NCBI GenBank assembly: GCA_951406725.2
Contig: OX597818.1
Span: 139,624,001 to 139,688,000, forward strand
DNA: 64,000 bases
Source: Octopus vulgaris
Lineage: Eukaryota
Direction of reading: 5' to 3'
Shown here: positions 1 through 13,876 of the stretch, in pieces
Numbering within the stretch: the stretch's first letter is position 1
How the letters are laid out: each line of letters opens with the position of its first letter
Notes under the pieces: model-generated
Told to the model about the DNA's origin: nothing
Database searches by the model: none
What the model saw: only the letters and a program-made list of their open reading frames with translations
Translations under genes and position numbers: made by a program

Positions 1-1683
1 TTCTTTAATATCATATTTATACTTAATGAAATAATAGCCTGAAGAATATGAAAAATATATTAAGAGGTTCCCCAAATTATCGGGATATTCGCAACATAAA
101 CATTACTTGCTCCTCGTGCTTATTTCCAGATTTCTATGTCTAACCAGTTCCATGTATGTGCCGATGTCTAAAAGAAACTCAATGCCAGACAGTATTTTTC
201 AACATACTGTGATTCAGCTGAACAATGACCGTCTCTTAGAAGTCATCTTGAAGTGTTTTCTACCGTTTTTTTTTTATAAAGCTTAGTGTGTAAATTTAGG
301 GAGATTTTATCACACCTTCTAGTAGCTCCATCGACCAAGCTGGTATAAGGGTCTAGGGCTGTATTTAGAAATATCAAATCCATATATTTTGGACAATATT
401 ATCGTGTCTCCTTCCTTTATTTATAGAGTAGAATGTATGATTTGGGGAAGTTTGTGGTATTTCGAGAATACGAAGAGACCCAGTTGACCATTTCACATTT
501 ATTTCGAGGAAGTTAAAATTATATTGCGTATGTCATTAATTTGGATACGTTTGTACGTCGTGAGGTAGTTGGGGAATCTGATATATCGAGAGTGACCCTT
601 ACACTGAGATAACATATTTAACAATGGAGCTTTGCGTATTTGTTCAGACTATCTGCACAAAAGGGGTCAACTAAACAGATCAGCTCTGCTTTTTCTCCTT
701 TTCGGGGTCTATGAATATGTATCAATCTATGGAGATTGATTAGCGGAACTATAAAAACATTGGAAAGGGTAACTTCCGGTATTTGTTCGGTTGCTTGGAT
801 TCTGATATCAAATCTCGCTATGGTTACATGGATAGTAAATATAATCCATCACTTGGTGTAACATCACTACCGTGCTCTTAGCAGGGGCCTTTCTGCTGCA
901 AAAGGTCGGGCCAGATGTGCGGCTTGTGGGCATCTTTCCTCTCAAATCCTAACTGTTTTGGAGATTCTATAAAAGTTCATAGGTATTGCTTTCGATCCCG
1001 ATTAACAAATTAACAAATTACTGTTGCAATGAGAATATATAAGGACCATATCAGTTTAAGAATGTCCGATTCCTCGCCGATCACTCAGTTATTCAGTATT
1101 TCATAGTCATGTTTGCACACTGGACGATAATTCTCCTCCAATATTTTCAAAACTGTTATAGATAATGTATTACAGGAAAATACAATAAATCATTTTTCAT
1201 AATGTTCTGTAGTGATGCAGAGAGAGGCCAATGGAAAGGAGAAAGCAGTGATGAATCATACCTTAGTCTCTGTTCATATGAGTGTATAGGTGGATATCAG
1301 TAGGATGTGATAAAGTTCAGTATGTGGGAGATGGAACCATGGAGACTGCTCTGGTCAAATATTCACAGGAGGTTGTGAGGAGGGAGAGGAAAGTACTCTT
1401 AGTAAATCAGTGGTCAGAATGAAATAGAAGAAATGAAATACCATTTTTAAACATAGTTCGAATTTGTATTATACATTTATATCCAGTTGCATATTCATCC
1501 TACCTTCGGTCACGACGTGTTGTAGTTTCATTCTGTGAGGTTTTAACATGAAGGAAAAAGTGTCATGAAAGATATTTCGGCTTTATAGTAGTTAGTTCTA
1601 CGTACAAATTATGCAAGAAGTGCTAGGATTCAAAATGACACTGAAAATGATAATCTCTTCTGAGAATTTAAACTGAATTTTAG

Positions 1684-1730
<47 letters not shown>

Positions 1731-1734
<4 letters not shown>

Positions 1735-2075
1735 CAGCGTGGAAGGTGTTTATAAGCCATTTAAGAAACACGCAAAAACCGTTAGATTCACTTCAACATT
1801 TACATTTAATTTGTCAAAATATTTTCGTCGCTTTGAGACCGTGACCTGTTCACTGACAAAATTCTGTGCTGCATCTCAAAATTTTGTAAGTGAACAGGTC
1901 ACGGTCTCAAAGCGTCGAAAATATTTTGACAAATTAAATTTAAATGATGAAGTGAACCTAACGGTTTTTGCGTGTTTCTTAAATGGCATATAAACACCTT
2001 CCACGCTGCAATTGTTTTCGTTCTAGCACACGATCTCAGATCAATTCACTTGCTATGCAAGTACATCTCCGTAAT
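1731..2075. mobile_element. Fold-back (palindromic) insert between (TA)n tracts; probable inverted terminal remnant of a Penelope-like element or MITE
   Basis: Left arm ATTGCAGCGTGGAAGGTGTTTATAAGCCATTTAAGAAACACGCAAAAACCGTTAG... (1731-~1863) is the near-perfect reverse complement of ~1880-2012 (...AAACACCTTCCACGCTGCAAT); loop about 16 nt. An unpaired ~60-bp extension (2013-2075) runs to the next TA tract. The palindrome is seen directly; the class is inferred. Confidence 0.75.
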
Positions 2076-2334
2076 ATGTATATATATATAAATATATATA
2101 TAAAGATGTATTATTACCGTTATTAATTATATTTATAAGGTAATAATAAGGTGGCCCGTAATTTCACACCATTACAAGCACAATATATGGCAAATTTAGA
2201 TACAGTAGGATATATATTTCTGATATGTTTATTGCATTGCTCTTGTGTATCTTCATTGTGAATTTCTGATGGTTTTCATGCCTTGCTTCTGAATTTAGCA
2301 AGTGGTATTTTATACCCTATTGTATGTAAATGTG

Positions 2335-2374
<40 letters not shown>

Positions 2375-2375
<1 letters not shown>

Positions 2376-2592
2376 CGAAAACACTTAAAGCTCCACGAGG
2401 CTCCGGCAGGGGGTGGTGGCGATCCCTGCTGTACTCTTTCGCCACAACTTTCTCTCACTCTTTCTTCTGTAGGCCTACTCGATTAGCCAGCGGGGTGGCG
2501 TCATTTAAAGGCTAAAACAATGCGAAGCGCATTGTGACCAGCGATGTGTAGCAACATCTGATAGCCTGGCTGGTCACGGTGATCACGGTGAT
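2375..2592 (+). mobile_element. SINE family B, 5'-truncated, alternative 3' tail
   Basis: GCGAAAACACTTAAAGCTCCACGAGGCTCCGGCAGGGGGTGGTGGCGATCCCTGCTGTACTCTTTCGCCACAACTTTCTCTCACTC matches 4156-4241 and 6027-6112, then diverges into a different tail ending GGTCACGGTGATCACGGTGATA. Confidence 0.75.
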
Positions 2593-3348
2593 ATATATAT
2601 ATATATTATGTATGTATATATTATGTATGTATGTATGTATGCCTGTATGTATGTATGTATATATATATATATATATATATAGCAGTGTGTGTGTTAATTG
2701 AAAGATCATTCAATATAATTAAATAGTGTACCACATCTATTTTTACAAGTCTAAGCTTAACATTAACTTCGAAATATCGTCGGTCGTTGACTTTACCAGG
2801 ATGAATGATATTTTATTGAAGATAATGACTAGTGGAGCCTCGAAGAGACTGTCAACCTTTCCTGGAATGTATTATGATATATATGTGTGTCTGTGTATGT
2901 GTGTGTCTGTGTATATGTGTGTCTGTACATGTGTGTGTATGCTCGTGTATCTGTGTCTAAGTGTGTGTATGCATGTGTGCGTTTGTATGTGTGTAATGAA
3001 TGTAAACTTGTACAGAATTAGTTATGCTGGGTTTGTTAAGAAGTTCGTATGAAATTTCGGGTTCGATACCCGCATGTGATATCTAGGGCGTATGTCTGCT
3101 AACAATAGCATCAGGTTGATTTAAGTATTAGTGAGTGAACCTGTGCAAAAGAAAAAAAAAGCATGGAAACCCATCAACCAGATTGTTGTCTTTAAGTCAA
3201 TTTCCTGGCCTTATCAGACACTGTTGTACACATTTTGATCGATGATTGAATGTTAAACCACTGTAAATTTTGCAAATCTCAGTAAATTTTGTAATTAGTC
3301 AGCAAGTATGCAGTCCACTTAATAATATAAAAATGGAATACTCAGATA

Positions 3349-3860
3349 GGCGCAGGAGTGGCTGTGTGGTAAGTAGCTTGTTTACCAACCACAAGGTTCC
3401 GGGTTCAGTCCCACTGCGTGGCAACTTGGGCAAGTATGCAATCCACTTAATAATATAAAAATGGAATACTCAGATAGGCACAGGAGTGGCTGTGTGGTAA
3501 GTAGCTTGTTTACCAACCACAAGGTTCCGGGTTCAGTCCCACTGCGTGGCAACTCGGGCCGACAAAAGCCTTGTGAGTGGATTTGGTAGACGGAAACTGA
3601 AAGAAGCCCGTCGTATATATGTACATATATATATGCGTGCGTGTGTTTGTGTATCTGTGTTTTGTCCCCCTAGCATTGCTTGACAACCGATGCTGGTGTG
3701 TTTACGTCCCCGTTACTTAGCGGTTCGGCAAAAGAGACCGATAGAATAAGTACTGGGCTTACGAAAGAATAAGTCCCCGGGTAGAGTTGCTCGATTAAAA
3801 GGCGGTGCTCCAGCATGACCGCAGTCAAATGACTGAAAGAAGTAAAAGAGTAAAAGAGAG
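3349..3860 (+). mobile_element. SINE family A (tRNA-derived head, CORE-like centre, internal TA/TG microsatellite, (GTAAAAGA)n tail) with duplicated head
   Basis: Head GGCGCAGGAGTGGCTGTGTGGTAAG (A-box-like) ... GGTTCAGTCCC (B-box-like) ... (A)CTTGGGCAAGT; tail GGCGGTGCTCCAGCATG..GCAGTCAAATGACTGAAA. More than 10 copies in the window. Resembles known octopus tRNA-derived SINEs; exact family name not confirmed. Confidence 0.9.
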
Positions 3861-4014
3861 TATCGAATAAACCGACAGATGATTTATTTACTCTTCACAT
3901 CAATGTATACATCTCATAATGTTTATACATCACATACATATGATGTATAATGCATCACATATGCAGAATCAGTCAAGATTTCCACACATACATTACATGG
4001 ATACCTGGTGTGCC

Positions 4015-4443
4015 GTGGAGGCGCAATGGCCCAGTGGTTAGGGCAGCGGACTCGCGGTCATAGGATCGCGGTTTCTATTCCCAGACCGGGCGTTGTGAGT
4101 GTTTATTGAGCGATCGCGGTTTTATTCCCAGACCGGGCGTTGTGAGTGTTTATGAGCGAAAACACCTAAAGCTCCACGAGGCTCCGGCAGGGGATGGTGG
4201 TGATCCCTGCTGTACTCTTTCACCACAACTTTCTCTCACTCTTACTTCCTGTTTCTGTTGTACCTGTATTTCAAAGGGCCGGCCTTGTCACTCTCTGTGT
4301 CACGCTGAATATCCCCGAGAACTACGTTAAGGGTACACGTGTCTGTGGAGTGCTCAGCTACTTACACGTTAATTTCACGAGCAGGCTGTTCCGTTGGTCG
4401 AATCAACCGGAACCCTCATCGTCGTAACCGACGGAGTGCTTCC
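4015..4443 (+). mobile_element. Full-length SINE family B with 12-bp target-site duplication
   Basis: tRNA-like head GGAGGCGCAATGGCCCAGTGGTTAGGGCAGCGGACTCGCGG...GGTTTCTATTCCC. Identical flanking direct repeats ACCTGGTGTGCC at 4003-4014 and 4444-4455. Internal ~47-bp tandem duplication at 4065-4158. Confidence 0.9.
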
Positions 4444-4789
4444 ACCTGGTGTGCCACTATGAATGTAGTTATATGGCCATGAGATTTTATGCGAGTCCAA
4501 ATGAACATGTTCTTACGTATAAACATATATAATGTTGACGTTTATCTGTGCCTCCCCGTTCTCAGTGGACTTTTTGACTCTCTGTCGTTGATCTCTCAGA
4601 CAATTATTGAGTCTCAATGCATATATATGTATCGTTTGAAGCATAGGTTGCCGACAAAAGTTGTAACTTCTCCTAGACTGATCAGGTCATTTTGTGAGAT
4701 ATGATCTCAATATTTTTCTGAAATATCTATAAGGATACAGAAGGCAAGTAATTCTTTCAGGGTTCTTGTCTGCTTGAACATGGCATCGC

Positions 4790-4922
4790 AAGGCGAAAAA
4801 CTTTGCTGTGCACTATGCATGCGTGCTGACGCCGTCCTATACATGGACCCTTTATAGATATCATGGAAGGGACTTTGGACACTTCCATCAGAAATGTCTG
4901 AGGCACATTCTGAATGTTTGCA
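4790..4922 (+). pseudogene. RTE-clade LINE reverse-transcriptase C-terminal fragment
   Basis: Translation HYACV..WTLYRYHGRDFGHFHQKCLRHILNV matches the RTE motif LLYGCETWTLYRRH...LERFHQRCLR.IL.I. Confidence 0.7.
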
Positions 4923-5356
4923 GATCCTTGTATGTATTTGTGCATGTGTGCACGTTCGTCTATACTAATGTTACTATATTCTTCTTTCTTTTTCTTCTCT
5001 TGCTTCCATACAATTTTCAATCACTTTACTCTAAAATATATTCCGATTCACACATCATCCCTTATTTCCTAATACACTCACCATAAACTCTCTTATCTGT
5101 ATGTTTCTATACTTTCTGAACTGTCACGTTTTCCCTTTATTTGTTGATTTCTCGAAGATATGATCCATATATATTGGGTAATAACGTTAATGTGATGTAA
5201 GAATTATTGAAACAGCTTGGGGAATGAACACAATGAAATATCATAGCTGCTGTTATTTACTATTCTTTCAATGGACGTTGTTCTATTCAGTTGGTAAAGC
5301 CTATATTCGAATTAAATGGAACAACAATGCGTATATCGATGTATATATCCATACAT

Positions 5357-5532
5357 GCGCAGGAGTGGCATAGGCGCAGGAGTGGCATAGGTGCAGGAGT
5401 GGCTGTGTGGTAAGTAGCTTGCTAACCAACCACATGGTTCCGGGTTCAGTCTTCTGCTATAGCCCCGGGCCGACCAATACCTTGTGAGTGGATTTGGTAG
5501 ACGGAAACTGAAAGAAGCCTGTCGTATATATG

Positions 5533-5563
<31 letters not shown>

Positions 5564-5777
5564 ATGTGTTTGTGTTTGTCCCCCTAGCATTGCTTGACAA
5601 CCGATGCTGGTGTGTTTACGTCCCCGTCACTTAGCTGTTCGGCAAAATAGATCGATAGATTAAGTACTGGGCTTACAAAGAATAAGTCCCGGGGTCTATT
5701 TGCTCGACTAAAGGCGGTGCTCCAGCATGGCCGCAGTCAAATGACTGAAACAAGTAAAGGAATAAAAGAGTAAGAGC
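5357..5777 (+). mobile_element. SINE family A with triplicated 17-bp 5' end and internal deletion
   Basis: GCGCAGGAGTGGCATAG twice, then GTGCAGGAGTGGCTGTGTGG; body and tail as in 3477-3860. Confidence 0.9.
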
Positions 5778-5855
5778 ATGCGTATTTAGAAGTTTAACGT
5801 AGTAAACTACATTGATCCCTAATTTATTGGGTGTTCATTGTGCATGCAACATAAA

Positions 5856-5887
<32 letters not shown>

Positions 5888-5994
5888 TATGTCAGAATAA
5901 ATTATGTAAATTTTATGTATGTGCGTACTTTCGTCCATACTGATGTTACTATATTCTTTCAATCTCTTCTCTAGTCTACTTGTAATTTTCAGTC

Positions 5995-6321
5995 TTCCCA
6001 GACCGGGCGTTGTGAGTGTTTATTGAGCGAAAACACCTAAAAGCTCCACGAGGCTCCGGCAGGGGATAGTGGTGATCCCTGCTGTACTCTTTCACCACAA
6101 CTTTCTCTCACTCATACTTCCTGTTTCTGTTGTACCTGTATTTCAAAGGGCCAGCCTTGTCACTCTCTGTGTCACGCTGAATATCCCCGAGAACTACGTT
6201 AAGGGTACACGCGTCTGTGGAGTGCTCAGCCACTTTACACGTTAATTTCACGAGCAGACTGTTCCGTTGATTCGGATCAAACCGGAACCCTCGTCGTTGT
6301 AACCGACGGAGTGCTTCCATC
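5995..6321 (+). mobile_element. SINE family B, 5'-truncated, with 17-bp TSD
   Basis: Colinear with 4125-4443; flanked by ACTTGTAATTTTCAGTC (5978-5994) and ACTTGTAATTTACAATC (6322-6338). Confidence 0.88.
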
Positions 6322-6984
6322 ACTTGTAATTTACAATCACATTCCTCTACAGTGCTAGTGAACCCTTTCTCTCGATACATTCCGCTTCTCCCATCATCCC
6401 TTATTTCCTAATACTTCCACTACAGACTCTCTGATCTCTATATTTCTATACTCTCTGCACTGTCACGTTTTACCTCTGTCTCTTCATATCCCCAGCGCTA
6501 CATCATTGAACCGATTTTATTTGTCTGTTTATCGTTTCATTCATTGCTTCGTTCTGTTGTCTTCATGCGGTTCCTGGTTCTAATTCTATAACTGCACTTT
6601 TCGATTTCTATAAGTAATTCTTTCATCCGAACTTTATTGCTTTCTTTTCATTTTCACATTTCATATTTTCTTGTCTTCTTTCATTCGTTATTTCTTTTAA
6701 TATTTTATCAATGTTTTTCAAACATTTTGTTTATATAGTTTACTTGACTCTTTTCTGGCTTACGTACTTTAATGCGTATTACTCTTTTATCCTGTATGCA
6801 TGTCATTTAACTTACTGTAATTGCTTCTTTCCTCTATATGTGCCTCTTATTCCCTCTCTTCTTTGTTCTTGCACAGTGTGTATATATATGTATGTGTGTG
6901 TATATACGTATATATATATATACATATACATATATGTATCTATACATATATACATATGTATATATATATATACGTATATATATG

Positions 6985-7050
<66 letters not shown>

Positions 7051-7286
7051 TGTGCACATCGATGTGTGGGCGTGAGAGACAGAGAGAGGGTGTTTCGTGT
7101 GTGTATCTGTATATGCTCACTCAAACCCACTCTTAAACCCACACAGGTACGTACACACGTATATATGTGTGTGTGTGTATGTAAGTATGTATGTATGTAT
7201 GTATATATATATGTGTGTGTGTATATATATTTACTTGTATTTATATACGGGCAGTAATTGATGTACATATATGCATACACAACCAT

Positions 7287-7323
<37 letters not shown>

Positions 7324-7757
7324 CCAGTGTTAGTATGTATATGTGTATGGGTGTGTGTTGAGTGTATAGCTATTTGTATACATACATTCGTTGTTTGCCA
7401 TGCATCTCCTTACCCCACCCCCACATATACGTACATGCCGTCTACCAGCCAAAAGAAGGTAATACCAGTTAAGTCAAACACCGGCAGAACTCCGGCTCGG
7501 CTTTTACACAGTGTACATGATAAAGTAAAGCCCATCGGATCAAGTAGAGCTTTAGAGCAAAATCAACAGATTCCGCCGTTTCTTTACTAAGATTACTTTT
7601 TACTTGTTCTCTCTTGTAAAATGTTGATCTTTATTCACTGACGCCTGCTCTACAACGACCAATACTTATTATATCAAGCGTGTTTGCAATGGCTTCGCTC
7701 ATACACTGACTATTCCTGTGATAACAAAGAAATCGTTTACCACTACTAATACTACTA

Positions 7758-7795
<38 letters not shown>

Positions 7796-7801
7796 GTTAG
7801 T

Positions 7802-8015
7802 GCGGCAAGCTAGCAGGATCGTTAGCACCTCAGATAAAATGCTTAACGTCATGTCGTCCATCATTACATTCTGTGTTCTAATCCCACCGAGGTTCACCTT
7901 TGCATTCCATCATATTCGGGGGTCGATGAAATAACCACCATTTCAACCCTGGATTACTTCGACTAGCTCCCTTCCCCCAAAATTTCAGGCCTTGTGCCTA
8001 TATCAGAAAGGATTA
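7802..8015 (+). mobile_element. Degenerate SINE family C
   Basis: GCGGCAAGCTAGCAGGATCGTTAGCAC...CCGAGGTTCACCTTTGCATTCCAT...GGGGTCGATGAAATAA...CCCCAAAATTTCAGGCCTTGTGCCTATATCAGAAAGGATTATT; homologous to 30062-30280 and 33631-33800. Confidence 0.7.
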
Positions 8016-8201
8016 TTGGTATCGTTGTTGTTGTTGTTATTATTATTATTATTATTATTATTAATAGTAAGAGAAGTGGTAGTAGTAGTAGTAGTAGTAG
8101 TAGTTTTTAAATGTTCTTTCCATTTCTTGCCAAATGTCTCCGCGACACCTCAGGCAAAGAAACTCACTTTATACATTGGTAGACCATTAAAATAAACACT
8201 A

Positions 8202-8465
<264 letters not shown>

Positions 8466-8690
8466 CACAGGTTTTGTGCGAACTTCTTGACTCTTACATG
8501 CATAGCGGGCTGGCTGGCTACCCGCAGCCTACGGTACCATGCTATCCGTTCTTTCCCGCTATCTAATACTTTCCTCATTATTCTGGCCGTGCCAAGGAGA
8601 CAAATCTTTTGTAACAATTCTGCTGCTATTCCAATTTCCCCGATATTCCTCTTGATGCCACAGCCACGCAACTGTTCCACTGTTGTGAAA
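8466..8690 (-). pseudogene. 3' end of RLE-type (R4/Dong-like) non-LTR retrotransposon
   Basis: Minus-strand translation ...EIGIAAELLQKICLLGTARIMRKVLDS matches the Dong/R4 C-terminal motif LQK..LLGTA.ILR.VL; a short 3' UTR runs straight into (TAA)n. Confidence 0.75.
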
Positions 8691-8771
8691 CCAGGATTTT
8701 CTACACTTAGTCTGAAACCCGATAGTGCTTATAGTCCTGAACTTTCTGTTTTTTAATGGCCTGGTAATTAC

Positions 8772-9186
<415 letters not shown>

Positions 9187-9205
9187 ATATGTATACACAC
9201 ACATA

Positions 9206-10097
9206 CAGAGGGTGGATGAAAAGTGTTAGGCATTAAAAATTGGCAATAAAATCCATATTCCCTTTACAAATTTATTGAAACAAATGATGCATGTTGTTTA
9301 TTACATGGGAAAAAGGAAAGTAAACCTTCATATTTCAATGTAAGCATAGGTGGCGTCAACCATTTTCCTCAAATCGCCAGGGATGGAATGAACAACCTTC
9401 TAAACGACGGCGTCTGAGATATCCGTGTCTCCAAGTCCTCCCCAGTGCGAGGTTTTGTCTTCTACCTCTCTTCTATTGTATAATCCCACAGGTAAAAATT
9501 ACATAAAGTGAGATCTGGACGTCTTGGAGTTCTGGAGATCCGGACATCTGCAGTCACAGTCTTCAGGTTTGAGATCCTGCACGTAATGGGGTTTCCACGG
9601 ACGAAAATTCAATACTTTACGCAATACAGTACGTATTGTGTGTCTTGTCTTGTTAGTCCACTTTCACGAGCTGCTTAACGTGTTGATTTTTGAAGGCTGT
9701 GATTAAACATTTCCCACACACTTGCCACGTTCTCCGCTGATCGGTATGTGGTTAGACAGCCACTTCTTGCATCGTTTACAGAGCCCGTGGTCATCAGCTT
9801 TGAATGACACCTTTTTATAGTCTCCGGGCGTAGTGTTGTATGCTTACCTTTCTCTGCATGCCACCATCTCTGAAACAAAACAATGGAATTCAGCACTTCA
9901 TAGCGTGGTGCTATCTTAGCTCGCTCTTGAACAGCCAAACGACCGGCCATCTGGAAAAAAGAGAAATACGACAATAAGAAAATAAAACAATCCCCATTAG
10001 TGTTTTCTGTTTAAAAAATGTCCTCGCCATGACTTCAGTGATACTAAAAATTCTATGCGCAATTTCTAATGCCTAGTTACTTTCCACCCAACCTCCG
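9206..10097 (-). mobile_element. Internally deleted Tc1/mariner-superfamily DNA transposon with TIRs and TA target duplication
   Basis: Imperfect ~45-bp TIRs: CAGAGGGTGGATGAAAAGTGTTAGGCATTAAAAATTG from 9206, and the reverse complement of the end (10097) reads CGGAGGTTGGGTGGAAAGTAACTAGGCATTAGAAATTG; TA on both sides. Minus ORF 9675-9974 is an N-terminal HTH (TIKRCHSKLMTTGSVND..RSG). 9480-9535 translates RRPDLTLCNFYLWDY, matching the WPARSPDLTPCDFFLWG motif. Confidence 0.85.
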
Positions 10098-10210
10098 TAT
10101 ATATATATATATATAGTGTAATAAATAAAATATATGCATACATACAAACATATATGTACGTACCTACATCTACATGTATATATACATGCATATATAAATA
10201 TATATACACG

Positions 10211-10313
10211 TGAGTACAGGACACCACAACTAGACGTAGAACTCAACGAGAAACGAAAAAACCATTTTTTTACCGATTCGTTCGCTTCGTTCCGTTTCTT
10301 ATTCTCCCAGTAC

Positions 10314-10318
<5 letters not shown>
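10211..10318. mobile_element. Short (TA)n-embedded insert, probable Penelope-like terminal fragment
   Basis: Non-repetitive ~110 bp between TA runs; composition resembles the termini of 28491-28694 and 42958-43115. Weak. Confidence 0.35.
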
Positions 10319-10383
<65 letters not shown>

Positions 10384-11313
10384 GTGTGTATGCATGTATA
10401 CACTCTAAACAAACTACAAACTATAGAATTTGATTAAACGTCCAACGGTTTCCGTTAGTTCTTAATCTCTAAATATAATATTTTCTGCAAGTTGCGTTAG
10501 AGAACCGCAGCTAATCAGTCTTAAGTTCGTATCTTTTAACTAGTACAACATCAAATTATATTGCAAACATGCTTCACTCTCGTTCGTCCATCAATAATTG
10601 TCTACACTGACAATAAATACCATCGTATTGCTAATATTATATTTGATATATCAGTTATTCGTTTGGTAGCATATGCCTCAATATTATACAAGCAATTTCC
10701 TATGCTGTCGTCCTCAAGCAAAATGTACGATATTCAACAGATGCAAACTCACGCGCGCCTATTACAACATTCATAAAGGTACACATACACACACATATCT
10801 ATACAGATGTATACATATATATATATATATATATTCATACATACACACACATATATCTATACACACATATATATATATACATACATACACATATACTTAC
10901 TTAAATACGCGCACGCATATGATTGTATAAGTGCTTGGTCGGAAGAATATTTGTGAAGGCTTGCATCCTGCATAATTCATCATGGGAATTATGATACACA
11001 AGTGTGTATGTATGTATGTATGTATGTATGTATGTATGTATGTATGTATGTATGTATGTATGTATGTATGTATGTATGTATGTATGTATGTATGTATGTA
11101 TGTATGTATGTATGCATGTATGTAAGTATGTATGTATGTAGGTATACATGTTTATGTATATGTATTTGTGTGTGTATGTATGTTTGCAGTTTTCATGTGC
11201 ATTTGTATTTGCAGAAAAATATATACACTATTCAGTATATTCAAATAGAAATTACACACACAAATATATATATATATATATATATACATAGATAGATAGA
11301 TATATACATACAT

Positions 11314-11350
<37 letters not shown>

Positions 11351-11470
11351 GATAGATAGATATATACATACATACAAATATATATATATATATATTCACA
11401 TGTAAGCTTACTATCCTGATGTATAAGTGTGTGTGTGCGTGTGCATGCGTGTGTGTGTATGTGTGTGTTC

Positions 11471-11543
<73 letters not shown>

Positions 11544-12287
11544 TTAACTATGGAAATGTTCGCTTTATCCCTTCGATGGTGAGTTGTCTGAGAGTGTGGC
11601 TGGGTTTGTTGGTTGAATGAATGACAAAGTTCCCTCTGCAAGCTCCCTATCAAACTGTATTCACCTTTAACCAAGCAGCAGATTATATAATTGAAAGACA
11701 AGATGAAAGTATGAAAGAACGAGGGAAGAAACAATGGCTATGCAAGAGATATTGGTTATGTTATAGTTGTGGATCATGCTGTTGTTGTTGTTGTTGCTGG
11801 TAGTGGAGATGATTCTAGTTATATAAAGAAAGCAAAGTACGGCGGAAGGCGGCGGTGCGGGCGGTCTGTGGCTACTTTAAACCGTATACTTTGGTTTTAA
11901 CAAGTAAGGTAGAAATAGAAAGATATTTAGCTCGTCCTTCACTTCACAAGATCATGATCCGAACCTTTTGTCAACTACCCAAACCCCATCCTCGCCTATC
12001 TCTTTACTCCGCTCATCTCATCATGATTACACAGATAATATCAGTTTACTCACATCCTAGCAGGGACCCGATGACTTTATTTGCCAATTTCTCTATAATT
12101 GGGATTACTTCCAAGATCTTATGTTACTTGCTGGTGCCACCATTTATATGAGATACTTTCATTAAATTCTGATTTTTTTCTTTCTTTTCTCTTTCTATTT
12201 TTTCTTTATCTTTCCTCCCTCTCTCTCTGTATATATATATGTATGCATGTATGTTTGTATGTATGTATATATATGCATGTATATGTA

Positions 12288-12350
<63 letters not shown>

Positions 12351-12401
12351 CATATATATACACATAGACATATACATATGTATACACACACACGTACACA
12401 C

Positions 12402-12439
<38 letters not shown>

Positions 12440-12557
12440 CACACATATATATATATATATTTATATATATATTGAGTGTGCGTCTGTTTGTGTTTTTCCG
12501 TTTTTTTTTCGTATTTGTCATTTATTTATTCCATGTAGCGTTCTCTATCTGTCTGTA

Positions 12558-12622
<65 letters not shown>

Positions 12623-13648
12623 CTCTGTCTCTCTTTCTCTCTATCTCAATCTATATGTCTGCCAAACTATCTATTCAATTGTATTATACACTGTTTTATT
12701 CTATATATCACTTTCAATATTTTTCTCCATTATCTCTGTTTACTCGAGCTTCAGTGCGGCTCTGCTGTCAAGAATCTAATGCTACCGAGCTCTGGTGCAT
12801 TGTTGCCGTGTATACACAGACATGTCTACACATATTTTGCTAAGCGCAACGGATTGGCAAAATTATTTGCTATCAAGGCAGACAGAATTATATGCAGAAA
12901 TAACGATGACGTACTAGAAAGTGAAAGGGAGTTTAATGTATTAATATAACTGAAACCTTCTAATATAAATGCGAAAGCTTCACGTTCTGAGATCAAATTT
13001 CAGTCGTCAAATCTGTTATGCCTTTCGCAGTTTATAAAACCAAATGCCATTTCAATACAGTAGTCGATATAATTAACAGTAAAATTCCTTCAAAATGTAT
13101 GTTCCCGTATGTTTTTTAGAAAATTATGCTATATTAAATAAAAGTGTTGACGTTTGACAGAGTAGGTGGAATTAGGCGTTGTTGATGAAGAGAGAAAATA
13201 CAAACACAAATTATGAGCAAACTTTAAGGAAAAGAGGAACAAATTTAAGAAATTTAGAAGGAACCTCATTGGGTTAATTTCTGTCCGTAGAAAGGAAAAT
13301 TTGATTTATGTTTGTGGGTAAAGGAAAACTATGCATATATGTTTCATTCCTGTTTCGTTTATCAGCACAGTGTGGCGAAGCCTTCAGACTAGTGGATAAC
13401 GTTTTAAATACAGAAAGACTATATAATTTTGGCGTTAGATTAATTTTCATGTTTAAAAAAATAGTAAAAACAAAGTGGTATGGGAAATCATTCCAAAGAG
13501 CTACTGGAAATCAGTTTAGATGATTGAATTAAACGATGATGGACTTAACGCTATATGCATGAATTGTGAATTGAAATTTTCTTCGAACATGTACGATGAA
13601 GACGGACAAAAAAAAATCAAGCAGCAACTTATAACTCTCCAAGAAAAA

Positions 13649-13715
13649 CTGAGATAATTCGAATTATCTCAGAATTATCTAGAATTAATTGATGAAGTTC
13701 AATCACGAGTGTATA

Positions 13716-13791
<76 letters not shown>

Positions 13792-13876
13792 TATATACAC
13801 ACACACTCGAATTTTATAAATATAAGCATGTGATTGAATATTCACCAATTAATTCTAGATAATTCTGATATAATTC

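Noticed and set aside
39-62. CTGAAGA-ATAT-GAAA hammerhead-like core
   Set aside because: No real helix II or helix I pairing; expected by chance in AT-rich DNA.
4015-4090. tRNA gene (also 20510-20588 and the family A heads)
   Set aside because: A/B boxes are present, but the sequence continues into SINE bodies (with a TSD at 4015-4443); no complete cloverleaf or terminator.
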